In this document: piece by piece, positions 53,514 to 63,810 of the stretch | How the letters are laid out: every line of letters begins with the position of its first letter | How positions within the stretch are numbered: position 1 is the stretch's first letter | Assembly: GCA_018672055.1 (NCBI GenBank) | Contig: JABHGM010000001.1 | Span: 736,977 to 800,976, forward strand | DNA length: 64,000 nt | Source of the DNA: a bacterium | GTDB lineage: Bacteria > Patescibacteriota > Patescibacteriia > UBA1558 > UBA10009 | Direction of reading: 5' to 3' | Program-made: the position numbers and the translations under genes | The notes under the pieces: generated by a model | What the model saw: the letters and a program-made list of their open reading frames with translations, nothing else | The model's database searches: none | What the model was told of the DNA's origin: nothing

Positions 53514-54418
53514 ACTTGAGTCTTACCTTCTTTAATTATAGTAACCCTGTAAATTGAATACATAAGAACTATTGCTCCTAACCACTGTACCCAAGACAAA
53601 ACATTACCACGTATTACATATTCAAAAAGTATAGCAGACAAGGGAAAAGCAAGTTCACAAATTGTAGAAACAGAAGCTGTAACAAACTTTAATCCGTAGT
53701 AGTAAAAGAATAGAGCCAGACCACCTGAAGAAAAAACAATAATTAAAAAATAAAGTAATTGATGCAAAGTAATTTGATCAAAGTTGGATATATTGCCTGT
53801 ACCTAAAACAACTAAAAACATTATTAAAGTAGTTACACCAAATCTAAGATAAACACCAACTCTAAAATTAATTTTTTGTAAAGCTCTTTTACTAAAAACT
53901 GTAGACGAAGCAAAAGAAAAAGAAGCTAAAAGTGAAAATAAAGCAGCTGCTATTATTTTCTCACCAGAACTAAGATTAGGTATGGCTAAGCCAAAAGTAA
54001 CAAAGTAACCACCAATTATCGCTAAACCTGCCCAAACAAAGAATTTTTTTGGTAACTTCTCTTTTAAGACAAGCCAAGCAAGAAGTATAGCAAAGAGAGG
54101 CTGAAACTTCTGTAGAAGTATTACTACAGAAAGATTAACAAAATCTACGTAAAATAAAGCTTTAGTAATAGCCATAGTACCAATAGCTCCGCCAAATACA
54201 GCGATCCAAACAAAAGCACCCCAGTCCCCTTTTTTAAGCTTCTTAACTTCTTTAAACTCTTTAATTAAAAATGGAATTAAAATTAAAAAAGCTAAAGCAT
54301 GTTCTACAAAAACAACAAGTGGTACTGGTAAAGCATACAAAGAAGGTCTTAGAACAATTCCATCTAAGCCCCAAAGTACAGCAGCTATTATTATAAATAT
54401 CGGTGCGTATTTTTTCAT
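53510..54418 (-). CDS. DMT-superfamily (EamA) transporter.
   Basis: Ten TM arranged as two EamA-like halves. Confidence 0.6.
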   Translation of the reverse strand: MKKYAPIFIIIAAVLWGLDGIVLRPSLYALPVPLVVFVEHALAFLILIPFLIKEFKEVKKLKKGDWGAFVWIAVFGGAIGTMAITKALFYVDFVNLSVVILLQKFQPLFAILLAWLVLKEKLPKKFFVWAGLAIIGGYFVTFGLAIPNLSSGEKIIAAALFSLLASFSFASSTVFSKRALQKINFRVGVYLRFGVTTLIMFLVVLGTGNISNFDQITLHQLLYFLIIVFSSGGLALFFYYYGLKFVTASVSTICELAFPLSAILFEYVIRGNVLSWVQWLGAIVLMYSIYRVTIIKEGKTQV

Positions 54419-55194
54419 AAGTATTTTTTAAACCAATTAATTGATAAATTAATTACTCTATCTAAATGTTTAGGGTTACTAAATCCATGATCAGCATTTT
54501 TAATAATAACTTGCTTCTTTTTACATTCAAGTAATTTAAAAATTGTGTAAGCGTCTTTTACCAAAACTCTTCTATCATTATCTCCATGGATGACTAATGT
54601 AGGACTCTCTATCTTGGAGATTAAGTATTTCCTTTTCAAATAGAGACGATCTTTAAAATAATGTTTAGTAATCTTAAAATTGGGTTTTGTGCCACTTGAA
54701 CTGCTCAATAGCCAATAATCTTCTCCTTCTTCTACAACTCTCTTTTCCTTCTTATAACTATCTAAAACTTTAGAACCATCATAAAGACTAGCGACCGAAA
54801 CAACAGACTTAAATTTATTTGATAAACTACTAGCTAATATTAAAGCAGTAAAACCTCCCATACTATGACCAGCCATACCAAGTCTCTTCATATCAATTTG
54901 AGGAAACTTTCCTAAAATTTTTAAAGCTTTCTTAATATCTCTTAAAAATTGTGATACTAATACTTCCTTATAACCCCCTTCGCTTGGTTTATGTCCAGAA
55001 AAAGTAAATCTTAAAACAGCTATTTTCTCTTTCACTAATTCAGGTGCCATTCTTTTTATCATTCTTGATTCATGACTGCCTTTAAAGCCATGACACAATA
55101 TTACTACAGGAAAAGGTCCTTTACCGTGAGGTATGTGTAAAACGCCAACTAAACGTTGGCCTCTAGAATTTTTAAAACTTACCTTCTTATTCAT
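54415..55194 (-). CDS. Alpha/beta hydrolase.
   Basis: Nucleophile elbow AGHSMGG. Catalytic Asp/His near the C-terminus (NADHGF). Confidence 0.65.
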   Translation of the reverse strand: MNKKVSFKNSRGQRLVGVLHIPHGKGPFPVVILCHGFKGSHESRMIKRMAPELVKEKIAVLRFTFSGHKPSEGGYKEVLVSQFLRDIKKALKILGKFPQIDMKRLGMAGHSMGGFTALILASSLSNKFKSVVSVASLYDGSKVLDSYKKEKRVVEEGEDYWLLSSSSGTKPNFKITKHYFKDRLYLKRKYLISKIESPTLVIHGDNDRRVLVKDAYTIFKLLECKKKQVIIKNADHGFSNPKHLDRVINLSINWFKKYL

Positions 55195-55753
55195 TAATTT
55201 TTAATTTATTAACCAAAACTATTTTTTTACTATTTAATATTGAATATAAGAACTTATCAGTTACATTTCTTCTTAAATTATATTCTTGCATTGTAAAATA
55301 AGTATAGCGTATATCCATACGATAAACTTTTTTAAGCTCAGAAATAAACTTTTCCATATTATCTCTACTAACCTTACCAATAAATAAAACATCAGTTGAA
55401 ACTTGTTCCTCGTCGGTAAACATACCAGTTAAAGTTAAGAATTTAACGCCTGGTATTTTTTTAGCTTTTTCACCAAGTTTTCTTTCAGCAAGTACTTTAG
55501 ATTTATCAATTAAAGATTTCAATTCATTTAATATAGGGAACTCTGGATTGATAAAATAATACTTTTTTTGATCTTCTTGCTTAGAAATAAGTAAACCAAA
55601 TTTTTCTAAGTTTTCTAACTCGCGTCTTACAGAATGAATCCTCTCATTAATAGTACGACAGATCTCACGTACATAAAAAGCCTCTTTTATATTCTCTAAA
55701 AAGAGGTGTAAAAGCTTAGTTCTAGTACGTGAACCAAATAGTTGTTCAAGCAT
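55187..55753 (-). CDS. Putative winged-HTH transcriptional regulator.
   Basis: N-terminal TRTKLLHLFLEN...YVREICRTINERIHSVRRELENLEKFGLL resembles an ArsR/PadR-like wHTH. Confidence 0.4.
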   Translation of the reverse strand: MLEQLFGSRTRTKLLHLFLENIKEAFYVREICRTINERIHSVRRELENLEKFGLLISKQEDQKKYYFINPEFPILNELKSLIDKSKVLAERKLGEKAKKIPGVKFLTLTGMFTDEEQVSTDVLFIGKVSRDNMEKFISELKKVYRMDIRYTYFTMQEYNLRRNVTDKFLYSILNSKKIVLVNKLKINE

Positions 55754-55837
55754 TTTTACCTAATTAATTGCTTAAATTCAGGTCTTACCAAACTAACCTA
55801 AATATAGTATAATCATTTTAGTTGATTCTTTCAAGAC

Positions 55838-57922
55838 ATGGCATATAAAATAGCATATTTGAATATACATGATCCTCATCACAGTAAAAAAACTGGAGAG
55901 ATTTTAATACAACCAGCTAGTGAACAAAATGAGTCAGATTTATTTGTTTTAACGGAAATAGATTCAAATAATCAAGAAGATAATCAATTTATTGAAGAGC
56001 TCTTAAGAAGTGCTCTTTTAGAATATCAAAGTAATGAACCATTTAATGGAGAAAAATTACTTGAAGTAATCTTACAAAAATTAAATGTAGAAATACCAAT
56101 TATAATGCCTAAAAAAAAGAATTGGTTAGAATCAATGCATTGCTTTGTAGGTGTTTATTATAAAGATAATCTTTACTTCTCTACTTTTGGTAAAGTAAAA
56201 ATATATTTAATAAAAGATGCTTTAATTAAAAAAATATCAAATAAAGCGCCTGAAGAAGAAAAAGAAGTTTTTGCCTATACTCTGTCAGGTGAAGTTAAAG
56301 AGAAAGATAAATTATTAATAACCACAGAGAGTTTAACAAACTATATTTCTCTAGATAAAGTAAAAAAAATAATTTCAACTCTACCACCTAAAAGTAGTAT
56401 TGCTCATTTTAATAATATTTTAGATTCATCACCTCCTGAAGTATCATTTTTTTCTATGATTATTCAATCAACAACTAGAAATCAAGAAATAGAAGAATTA
56501 AATCAAAGAAATGTTAAATTAACAACACCAACTACTTCAAGAAATTCAATTGATGAGCTACTTAAAGTAGAAAGAGATACTGAAAAAATACTTACTCCAC
56601 CTTCTTTCTTTGAAAATATTAAAGATAGTTTAAAAGAAAAACTAACTCCGAAAAAAGAAAAAAATGAATTAAAAAAACACTTAGAGTATGGGCCAAGTAG
56701 AAATATTTTTAAAAGATTTACTCGCCTTACTAAACAAGTGCTGCCTCAACAAATACCTACTCAAAAATTAAGTTTTAGATTCAATGACTACATAAATCAT
56801 AAAGTAACAAAATTTAAAAAGTTATCTAAATTAAATAGAACTTTAATTATAATAATAATAGTATTACTACTCCTCTTCTCTCAGAATTTAATCTGGCAAT
56901 CAAGACAACAATCAAAAATTAAAGATAATGAAACGTATGAACAACTATTAGGCGAATTAATAAATAAACAAAATGGTATTGAAGCTTCACTTATATATAA
57001 CGATACAGTAAGGGCTAAACAACTCTTACAAGAAATATATGATATATTAAATGACTTACCTAAAGATTCAAAAGATAGAATTGCTAAACATAATGAAATA
57101 AATGAATCAATTCAAGTAATCTATGAAAGAATTTGGAAAGTAAATAATATTGAAGAACCACTATCACTTATTAATTTTAAAGAATTAAATCCAGGAGTAA
57201 ATATTACTAACATAGAAATAAGAGATAATAAATTATATGGCTTTAATAATTTAAATAAGCTCTATGGTTTAGATTTAGAAAATAATGAAAAAATAGTAAT
57301 TGATGATTTTAATCTAGGTTTAAAAGATACACAGTTATTTAATAAGAATAATATAATAATTGGCTATGATTTAAATAAAAATTTCTTTAGCATTCAAGAT
57401 AATGAATCATCTGGTATAAATGCTAGTGTACCAGCTAATCTACTAAATATAGATGATCTTACTTTTTACTTAGATAAGATGTATTTATTAAATAAAGAAA
57501 ATAATCAAATAGTTAGATTAACAAGTAATGGAGATAATTTTGTATCCCAAAGAAATTGGCTAAAAGATGATACAGATATAAGTACAGCTAAAGCAATTAC
57601 AGTCGATGGCTTACTTTATGTATTAATGGAAAACGGAGAAATAAAAAAATTATCTGGTGGTAATAAAAGAGACTTCCCGCAAGTAATAGTAGAACCAGCT
57701 TTAAATAAACCAAGTGACATTACTACTACAGAAAACTCAGATAACTTATACATTTTAGATGAAGAAAATAAAAGAATCGTAGTAATAAATAAAGAGTCAG
57801 GTGAACTAGCTAATCAATACTATTCAGATAAGTTTAACGAATTAAAAGATTTTATACTAGATTATGATAATAATAAGATATATATTTTAAATGATAACCA
57901 AGTCTTTGTAATAGCTATATAA
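55838..57922 (+). CDS. Large hypothetical protein with one central TM and a repeat-rich extracytoplasmic C-terminal half.
   Basis: 694 aa. TM LIIIIIVLLLLFSQNLIW near residue 340. No family recognised. Confidence 0.45.
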   Translation: MAYKIAYLNIHDPHHSKKTGEILIQPASEQNESDLFVLTEIDSNNQEDNQFIEELLRSALLEYQSNEPFNGEKLLEVILQKLNVEIPIIMPKKKNWLESMHCFVGVYYKDNLYFSTFGKVKIYLIKDALIKKISNKAPEEEKEVFAYTLSGEVKEKDKLLITTESLTNYISLDKVKKIISTLPPKSSIAHFNNILDSSPPEVSFFSMIIQSTTRNQEIEELNQRNVKLTTPTTSRNSIDELLKVERDTEKILTPPSFFENIKDSLKEKLTPKKEKNELKKHLEYGPSRNIFKRFTRLTKQVLPQQIPTQKLSFRFNDYINHKVTKFKKLSKLNRTLIIIIIVLLLLFSQNLIWQSRQQSKIKDNETYEQLLGELINKQNGIEASLIYNDTVRAKQLLQEIYDILNDLPKDSKDRIAKHNEINESIQVIYERIWKVNNIEEPLSLINFKELNPGVNITNIEIRDNKLYGFNNLNKLYGLDLENNEKIVIDDFNLGLKDTQLFNKNNIIIGYDLNKNFFSIQDNESSGINASVPANLLNIDDLTFYLDKMYLLNKENNQIVRLTSNGDNFVSQRNWLKDDTDISTAKAITVDGLLYVLMENGEIKKLSGGNKRDFPQVIVEPALNKPSDITTTENSDNLYILDEENKRIVVINKESGELANQYYSDKFNELKDFILDYDNNKIYILNDNQVFVIAI

Positions 57923-57934
57923 ATAAAATATTAT

Positions 57935-58510
57935 ATGAATATAGAATATGAAATAACTTTCCCAAATATTAATAAAGCAGATATCAGGAAAAGATTAAAA
58001 AAAGCTAAAGCTAAGTTAATAAGAAAAACTTTTTTACAAAAAAGACATACATATAATTTACCAAATGGTCATAGAGTTAAACATGGCTGGGCACGTGTAA
58101 GAAATGACGGTGGTCAAATTACTCTGAGCATTAAAATGATAACGGGTAAAAAAATAAGTGATCAAAAAGAAATTTGTTTAAATGTTGATAATTATGATGA
58201 TGCAAATCAAATATTACAAATACTCGGATGTAAACAAAAAGCCTACCAAGAAACTAAAAGAGAATTATGGAAATTAGGCTCTACAGAAATAACTATAGAT
58301 GAATGGCCTTTCTTAGAACCTTTTATAGAAATAGAAGGTAAATCAAAAAAGAAAGTAAAAGAAGTAGTAACTAAACTAGATTTTAATTATAATGAAGGAA
58401 TAATTGGCGCCGTAGACGAATTATATGCTAAGAAATATAATATATCTAAATATAGAATAAATAATAAAACACCAAAGATAGTATTTAAAATGAAAAATCC
58501 ATTTATTTAA
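57935..58510 (+). CDS. CYTH-domain protein (CyaB/thiamine-triphosphatase-like).
   Basis: N-terminal EYEITF (ExExK signature). RVR and ITIDEW / EIE motifs. Confidence 0.55.
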   Translation: MNIEYEITFPNINKADIRKRLKKAKAKLIRKTFLQKRHTYNLPNGHRVKHGWARVRNDGGQITLSIKMITGKKISDQKEICLNVDNYDDANQILQILGCKQKAYQETKRELWKLGSTEITIDEWPFLEPFIEIEGKSKKKVKEVVTKLDFNYNEGIIGAVDELYAKKYNISKYRINNKTPKIVFKMKNPFI

Positions 58511-58519
58511 TACAATAAT

Positions 58520-58903
58520 ATGAAAACAATACTAGTAGATGCAATTAATACTTTTGTAATAAAAGAAGTAGGAATATTTAATGAAATGCACCAAATGCTT
58601 GAAGAATATCCAAATAAAAAAATTATTTTAACTTCTGCAAATGATGAACAAGTGAAAATGTTTAAACTTGATAATATGCCTTATGAAATATTTACTTTAA
58701 AACATGAACCAGAAAAAACCGATCCAAATTATTATAAAACAATGTTAAGTAACTTTAATCTTAATGCTCAGGATGTAATTTATTTCGAACATAATAAAGA
58801 AGCAGTAGAAAGTGCAAAATCAGTAGGTATTAAGACATTTCATTATAATAAAGATACTAAAGATTTAACTACATTAAAAAAATTTATTGATAAAGAACTA
58901 TAA
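58520..58903 (+). CDS. Small HAD-like hydrolase-fold protein (tentative).
   Basis: ILVDAINTF N-terminal motif, ...ILTSAN. 127 aa. Confidence 0.3.
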   Translation: MKTILVDAINTFVIKEVGIFNEMHQMLEEYPNKKIILTSANDEQVKMFKLDNMPYEIFTLKHEPEKTDPNYYKTMLSNFNLNAQDVIYFEHNKEAVESAKSVGIKTFHYNKDTKDLTTLKKFIDKEL

Positions 58904-58927
58904 TAATCTGAATTAAATAATACTATT

Positions 58928-59236
58928 ATGAAATATAATAAACTCATAAGAGATAAAATACCTGAAATAATAAAAAAGAGCGGCTTAAAATCTGTTACTC
59001 ATATTGCTGACGATAAAGAATATAAGCAAAAATTAAGAGCTAAACTTCAAGAAGAAGTTGATGAATTTTTGGAAGAATCAAATGAAGAAGAACTTGCTGA
59101 TATCTTAGAAGTTATTAATGCACTTTGTGATCTATATAAGTTTGATAAAAATAATGTAGAACAAATTAGAAAAGAAAAAGCTGAAAAACGAGGTAGCTTT
59201 CAAGAAAGGATAATTCTTGAGGAAACTAAAAAATAA
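58928..59236 (+). CDS. MazG-like nucleotide pyrophosphohydrolase (small all-alpha NTP-PPase).
   Basis: YNKLIRDKIPEII start and EEL.D..E. acidic motifs typical of the MazG-like family. Confidence 0.45.
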   Translation: MKYNKLIRDKIPEIIKKSGLKSVTHIADDKEYKQKLRAKLQEEVDEFLEESNEEELADILEVINALCDLYKFDKNNVEQIRKEKAEKRGSFQERIILEETKK

Positions 59237-59248
59237 ATAACTTGAAAG

Positions 59249-60430
59249 ATGATTAACCTTGTGCAAAAAAAATTAAAAGCAAATATTTGGAAATATTTTT
59301 TAAATAATTTAACAAACAGAAGAAGTTATTTACCTATTCTGTCAATTTATTTTCTATCTCTACCAAATACTGTTGCTCATCAAATAGGTATATATACTGG
59401 TATTGGCTGGTTAGTAGGATTTTTACTAGAAATTCCATCTGGTTATTTATCAGATATAATTGGTCATAAAAAAACGTTAGTTTTAGCTAAATTTTCTATG
59501 CTATTTTCAACGCTTTTTTTTGTTTTTAGTAATTCAATATTATTTTTTATATTAGGCTCAATTTTTATGGCTTTTGGCTTTGCTTTTACATCAGGAACAG
59601 ATGGAGCCTTTTTACATAATACACTTGTCAGCTTAAAAAGAGAGAAAGATTATGCAAATATCAAAGGCAAAATTAGTGCTAAAGTTTCATTAATCTCTGC
59701 TGGTATGATTCTATTGCTACCAATACTAACAAAAATTTCTTTAACAATGCCTATTAAGGCATATTTAATTTTTGATATTATTGGTATTGTAGTTGCTTTT
59801 TCTCTGTTCTCACCTACAGTAGAATATAGCGCAAAAGATGAAAAAGGAGAAAAACTATTATCACAATTAAAAAGATTTAAAGGTACAGGATTTTATACTA
59901 CTTCATTATTCTTAGGTATCATTGGCGCTTTTATTCTGGTGATTTCTCCATTCAAGGAACTTTTTGTAGAATCCTTAGGCCTTCCTATAGTCTATATTGG
60001 TTCAATAATGGCTTTGTCAAGATTAATTTGGTTTATTGTAGGACATAATCTATCTATAATAAAAAAGATACAGATTAAAAAATTACTATTCTACGAAATA
60101 TTTTTCTTTTCTGGTTTAATTATAATAAGCTCACAATCAAAAAATCCTTATCTTGCAGGCATATTAATAGCTATAATGATTGGATATTATTTTGGCAGAA
60201 GCCCAATATTTGATGAATATTACCTTAATAATTTTTTGATTAATAAAAGATACAAAGCTACTATGCTTTCTACTAAGCAATTAATTAGCAAATTACTTAG
60301 CTCAGGTCTTGTCTTAGCCACAGGTATAGTTATGACCATATCCTTTAACTTAGGATTTCTTATCTCTGGTATATCTATGCTAATTATGCTATTAATAATT
60401 TACCCATTCTTAAAAAAATATATTAAATAA
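59249..60430 (+). CDS. Polytopic membrane protein (transporter-like).
   Basis: 393 aa with about 10-11 TM. Confidence 0.45.
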   Translation: MINLVQKKLKANIWKYFLNNLTNRRSYLPILSIYFLSLPNTVAHQIGIYTGIGWLVGFLLEIPSGYLSDIIGHKKTLVLAKFSMLFSTLFFVFSNSILFFILGSIFMAFGFAFTSGTDGAFLHNTLVSLKREKDYANIKGKISAKVSLISAGMILLLPILTKISLTMPIKAYLIFDIIGIVVAFSLFSPTVEYSAKDEKGEKLLSQLKRFKGTGFYTTSLFLGIIGAFILVISPFKELFVESLGLPIVYIGSIMALSRLIWFIVGHNLSIIKKIQIKKLLFYEIFFFSGLIIISSQSKNPYLAGILIAIMIGYYFGRSPIFDEYYLNNFLINKRYKATMLSTKQLISKLLSSGLVLATGIVMTISFNLGFLISGISMLIMLLIIYPFLKKYIK

Positions 60431-60437
60431 AATCTAT

Positions 60438-60911
60438 ATGACAAAAATATTTAAAATACTATCAGAGGAACATCAAAACATATTAAAAGTAATAAATGAC
60501 TTACTCAAAGAATGTGATACTCTAGAATCTAAAAATGAACTCAATTTAGAATTCTTTAATAAGACAATTGATTTTATAATAAATTATGCAGATAAATTTC
60601 ATCATGCTAAAGAAGAAGATATATTATTTATTGAATTAAATAAAGAAGGTGTTCAAATGCCTTGCAACCCAATAGAACAAATGCTACACGAACATGAACT
60701 GGGCAGAAACTATATAAATGAATTAAAGAAGCAAATTGATGAAAATAATATAGAAAAAATAATTGAAAATTCAAGAGGTTATGCAAGCCTTCTTCAAGAA
60801 CATATATATAAAGAAGATAATATCCTCTACCCTATGGCTGAGGAAGCATTAAGTGAAGATACTAAAAATAAAATATTAAATAAATTTAATGAAATAGAAA
60901 ATAAATTATAA
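60438..60911 (+). CDS. Hemerythrin-like (HHE cation-binding) domain protein.
   Basis: Spaced H..E motifs: FHHAKEEDILF, HEHELGRNYINEL, LQEHIYKEDNILYP. Confidence 0.5.
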   Translation: MTKIFKILSEEHQNILKVINDLLKECDTLESKNELNLEFFNKTIDFIINYADKFHHAKEEDILFIELNKEGVQMPCNPIEQMLHEHELGRNYINELKKQIDENNIEKIIENSRGYASLLQEHIYKEDNILYPMAEEALSEDTKNKILNKFNEIENKL

Positions 60912-60927
60912 TTAATTAAATAATAAT

Positions 60928-61296
60928 ATGAAAACTAAAGATATATTAAAAATATCATCGTTCCCAGTACTTATCGGATCATTATGTTGCCTAGGTCCAA
61001 TTATACTTGTAGCTTTAGGTTTAAGTACTGTTACCTTTGCTGCTTCACTTACTGATACTTTCTATGGAGAATATAGATGGGTATTTAGAATAGTAGCTCT
61101 TATTTTGTTAACAATTTCAGTTATATTCTATCTTAGACGTTCAAAAGATATATGTACTATAGATCAAGCAAAAAGAAGAAGAAATGAAATTATAAACATA
61201 GTAGCAATTGTTTTAATTACAGCTGTACTCGGCTATATCTTCTTTCTTTATGTAGTAGTTCATTATATTGGTGTATGGTTTAATATTTGGCAATAA
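60928..61296 (+). CDS. Small membrane protein with a CC motif in TM1 (MerT-like metal-binding candidate).
   Basis: LIGSLCCLGPII. Three TM. Confidence 0.35.
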   Translation: MKTKDILKISSFPVLIGSLCCLGPIILVALGLSTVTFAASLTDTFYGEYRWVFRIVALILLTISVIFYLRRSKDICTIDQAKRRRNEIINIVAIVLITAVLGYIFFLYVVVHYIGVWFNIWQ

Positions 61297-61351
61297 ATTA
61301 TATATAACGACTGAATTAAGTAATACTTTTTTTTATTTATTAAAAATAACA

Positions 61352-62164
61352 ATGGAAACATTTATACAAGCACTTATTATGTCATTTAGGGAAGGTTTAG
61401 AAGCCTTTTTAATAATTACTATAATATTGAAATTCCTAGACAAAACAAATAGCGCTAATTTTAAAAAAGATGTTTGGAATGGAACTATTATGGGAGTAAT
61501 AATTTCTTTAATTTTAGGAATTACTTTAATGATATTATCCTCATTTATTGGCGGTCTTAGTACCACGGCTAAACTTTGGGAAAGTATTGCTGGTTTTATA
61601 GCTGTAATTCTAATTACAACTTTCATTGTTTGGATGATAAAAAACGGCAGTAAGATTAAAAATCATGTTGAAAATAAAACAGCTCTTAATCTATCAAAAA
61701 AAGGAATATTCCTTTTAGCTTTATTTATGATAACCAGAGAAGGTGCAGAAATTGCTTTATTCTCATTTGCTGGAAAATATTCTATAACGCCTATTATCTT
61801 AGGAATATTATTATCTATTGGTGTTGTTATGTTAATTCACTATTCACTGATAAAAATAAAGTTAAAGACAATTCTATTTATTACACTCGCCTATCTTATA
61901 CTTCAGGCTGGATTCTTATCAGGATACAGTATTCATGAAGGATTATCTGCTGCAAAAAGTTTAAATGTATTAAATGAGAATAACCCAATATTTTTAAAAG
62001 CTTTTGATTTATCAGATACAATATTCTATCATAAAGAAGGAGCTGTAGGTTTACCTTTATATGTAGTATTTGGCTGGTATTCAAAGCCAGAGTGGATTCA
62101 ACTAATATTACAATACAGCTATATATTACTATTTTTCAGTTATTGGTATAAAAAAAATAAATAA
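61352..62164 (+). CDS. FTR1/EfeU-family iron permease. Start taken at the internal Met (METFIQ) of the 61268 ORF.
   Basis: Two REGxE motifs (SFREGLEAFLI and ITREGAEIALF). About 7 TM. Confidence 0.6.
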   Translation: METFIQALIMSFREGLEAFLIITIILKFLDKTNSANFKKDVWNGTIMGVIISLILGITLMILSSFIGGLSTTAKLWESIAGFIAVILITTFIVWMIKNGSKIKNHVENKTALNLSKKGIFLLALFMITREGAEIALFSFAGKYSITPIILGILLSIGVVMLIHYSLIKIKLKTILFITLAYLILQAGFLSGYSIHEGLSAAKSLNVLNENNPIFLKAFDLSDTIFYHKEGAVGLPLYVVFGWYSKPEWIQLILQYSYILLFFSYWYKKNK

Positions 62165-62165
62165 T

Positions 62166-62378
62166 ATGGATTATAATATAATTAGATCAATAATATTCTT
62201 AATAGCTGGTTTAGTATCAATTATTTTTTCAAAGCAGCTTAATAATTTTAAAAATAAAATACTCTTAAAACTAAATCAAGAAAATAAAATAAAAGATGAA
62301 ACAAAGCAATATTATTATTTAGGCATTTTGTTTATAATAATCGCAATAATATTATTTATATACTCATTAAATAATTAA
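62166..62378 (+). CDS. Small two-TM hypothetical protein.
   Basis: 70-aa ORF beginning 1 nt after the FTR1 gene stop. Confidence 0.3.
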   Translation: MDYNIIRSIIFLIAGLVSIIFSKQLNNFKNKILLKLNQENKIKDETKQYYYLGILFIIIAIILFIYSLNN

Positions 62379-62389
62379 ATTAAATAAAA

Positions 62390-62425
62390 AAAGAAGAGTT
62401 AATTAACTCTTCTTTTTTGTATATC
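62390..62425. terminator. Bidirectional terminator after rplL.
   Basis: AAGAAGAGTTAATTAACTCTTCTT perfect palindrome flanked by A/T runs. Confidence 0.55.
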
Positions 62426-62432
62426 TTATATT

Positions 62433-62909
62433 TTACTTTAAAGTAACTTGAGCACCTGCTTCTTCTAATGTTTTCTTCATAGCTTCTGCATCAGCTTTCT
62501 TTACAGCTTCTTTAATAACCTTAGGAGCACTATCTACTAAATCTTTAGCTTCTTTTAAGCCAAGTTCAGTAGCAGCTCTAACAGCTTTAATTACACCAAT
62601 CTTATTATCACCAATACCAGTAAGCTCTACATCAAAACTATCTTTTTCTTCGGCAGCACCAGCATCACCAGCAACACCAGGAGCAGCAGCTACAGCCATA
62701 GGAGCAGCAGCACTAACACCAAATTTATCTTCTAAAAGTGAAACTAATTCAGATAGATCAAGTACTGACATTTTTTCAATCTCTTCAACTAGAGATTTGA
62801 ATTTGCTAGGTACTTTTACTTCTTTAGTTTCTTCTTTTGTGTCCTTTGGAGTTTCCTCTTTTTTAGGTTCTTCCTTAGGAGCTTCGGTCTTTTTTTCTTC
62901 GTCTGTCAT
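62433..62909 (-). CDS. rplL: Ribosomal protein L7/L12 with an unusual ~35-aa K/E/T-rich N-terminal extension.
   Basis: Core [31 protein letters not shown]...[25 protein letters not shown]...GAQVTLK. Preceded by [34 protein letters not shown]. Confidence 0.85.
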   Translation of the reverse strand: MTDEEKKTEAPKEEPKKEETPKDTKEETKEVKVPSKFKSLVEEIEKMSVLDLSELVSLLEDKFGVSAAAPMAVAAAPGVAGDAGAAEEKDSFDVELTGIGDNKIGVIKAVRAATELGLKEAKDLVDSAPKVIKEAVKKADAEAMKKTLEEAGAQVTLK

Positions 62910-62937
62910 ATGTTTTTATAATTTAATTATTAATATA

Positions 62938-63462
62938 TTAATTTTTAGTATCTTTAACTGCATTTAAAACGTTTACTAGGTTTCTAATATTGCCACCTAA
63001 AACATTTACAAAACTAGATATTGGAGCTTTTATAGTACCAACAGTTTTAGCAATAAGTTCAATTCTAGATGGTAATAATGCAAGCTCTTTAACTTTATCA
63101 ACATTAATCTGTTCTTGTTCTAAGAAACCACCGTGAATTTGTAATTCTTCATGATCTTTAGAAAAATTATTTAATATTTTTGCAGGAGCTACTTCATCTT
63201 CTGTACCAAAAGCAACGGCTACGTTACCTTCCCATTCAGCCATATCTATTTCTGCAAACTTACTTTGCTTTAAAGCTTCTTTAATAAAAGTCTTTTTTGA
63301 TGCTTGATAGTTTACTTTCTCTTCTCTTAGATTCTTTCTAAGTTCCTGAGCATTAGCTACGCTTAAACCTTTAAACGATGTAAAAACTACTGATTTTGAA
63401 TTACTTAAATTATCAGTTAAGCTTTTTACTTCTTGTTCCTTTTGTTTTCTTGTTTTTGCCAT
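62938..63462 (-). CDS. rplJ: Ribosomal protein L10.
   Basis: 174 aa with the typical L10 N-terminal domain. Immediately upstream of rplL. Confidence 0.85.
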   Translation of the reverse strand: MAKTRKQKEQEVKSLTDNLSNSKSVVFTSFKGLSVANAQELRKNLREEKVNYQASKKTFIKEALKQSKFAEIDMAEWEGNVAVAFGTEDEVAPAKILNNFSKDHEELQIHGGFLEQEQINVDKVKELALLPSRIELIAKTVGTIKAPISSFVNVLGGNIRNLVNVLNAVKDTKN

Positions 63463-63600
63463 ATTTATATATATTTAAAAAATCTGCGTTACCACAGATA
63501 ATTTAGCTAAAGTTAGCTAATTTTTTAACCTACGTAAGATTTATATCATGTTGATACCTACGGTCTGTGGTAATAATTTATATTAGTATATCAAATTATA
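63463..63600 (-). promoter_or_regulatory. Possible rplJ (L10) leader structure.
   Basis: 10-bp inverted repeat TTACCACAGA ... TCTGTGGTAA about 60 nt apart in the 5' leader region. Confidence 0.3.
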
Positions 63601-63810
63601 TTGATAAGTCAAGCCTATTTCATTGTTATATAGTCTATTTGTATAACTATGACCTCTTCATGAGCATAATCGCTAAATACGTCGTTCATGAAATAGATTA
63701 CAGAATAACCAAAAACTACTATTAATAATAGGGCTAGTACTGGTGAAACTTTTTGTTTAAAAAAATTCTTCATAAATATATGATACTTTATATTAATAAA
63801 CTTTTCAACT

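Noticed and set aside
61333-62084. Two minus-strand ORFs (61333..61626, 61896..62084)
   Set aside because: Antisense to the FTR1 permease gene, which has two REGxE motifs and is clearly real.
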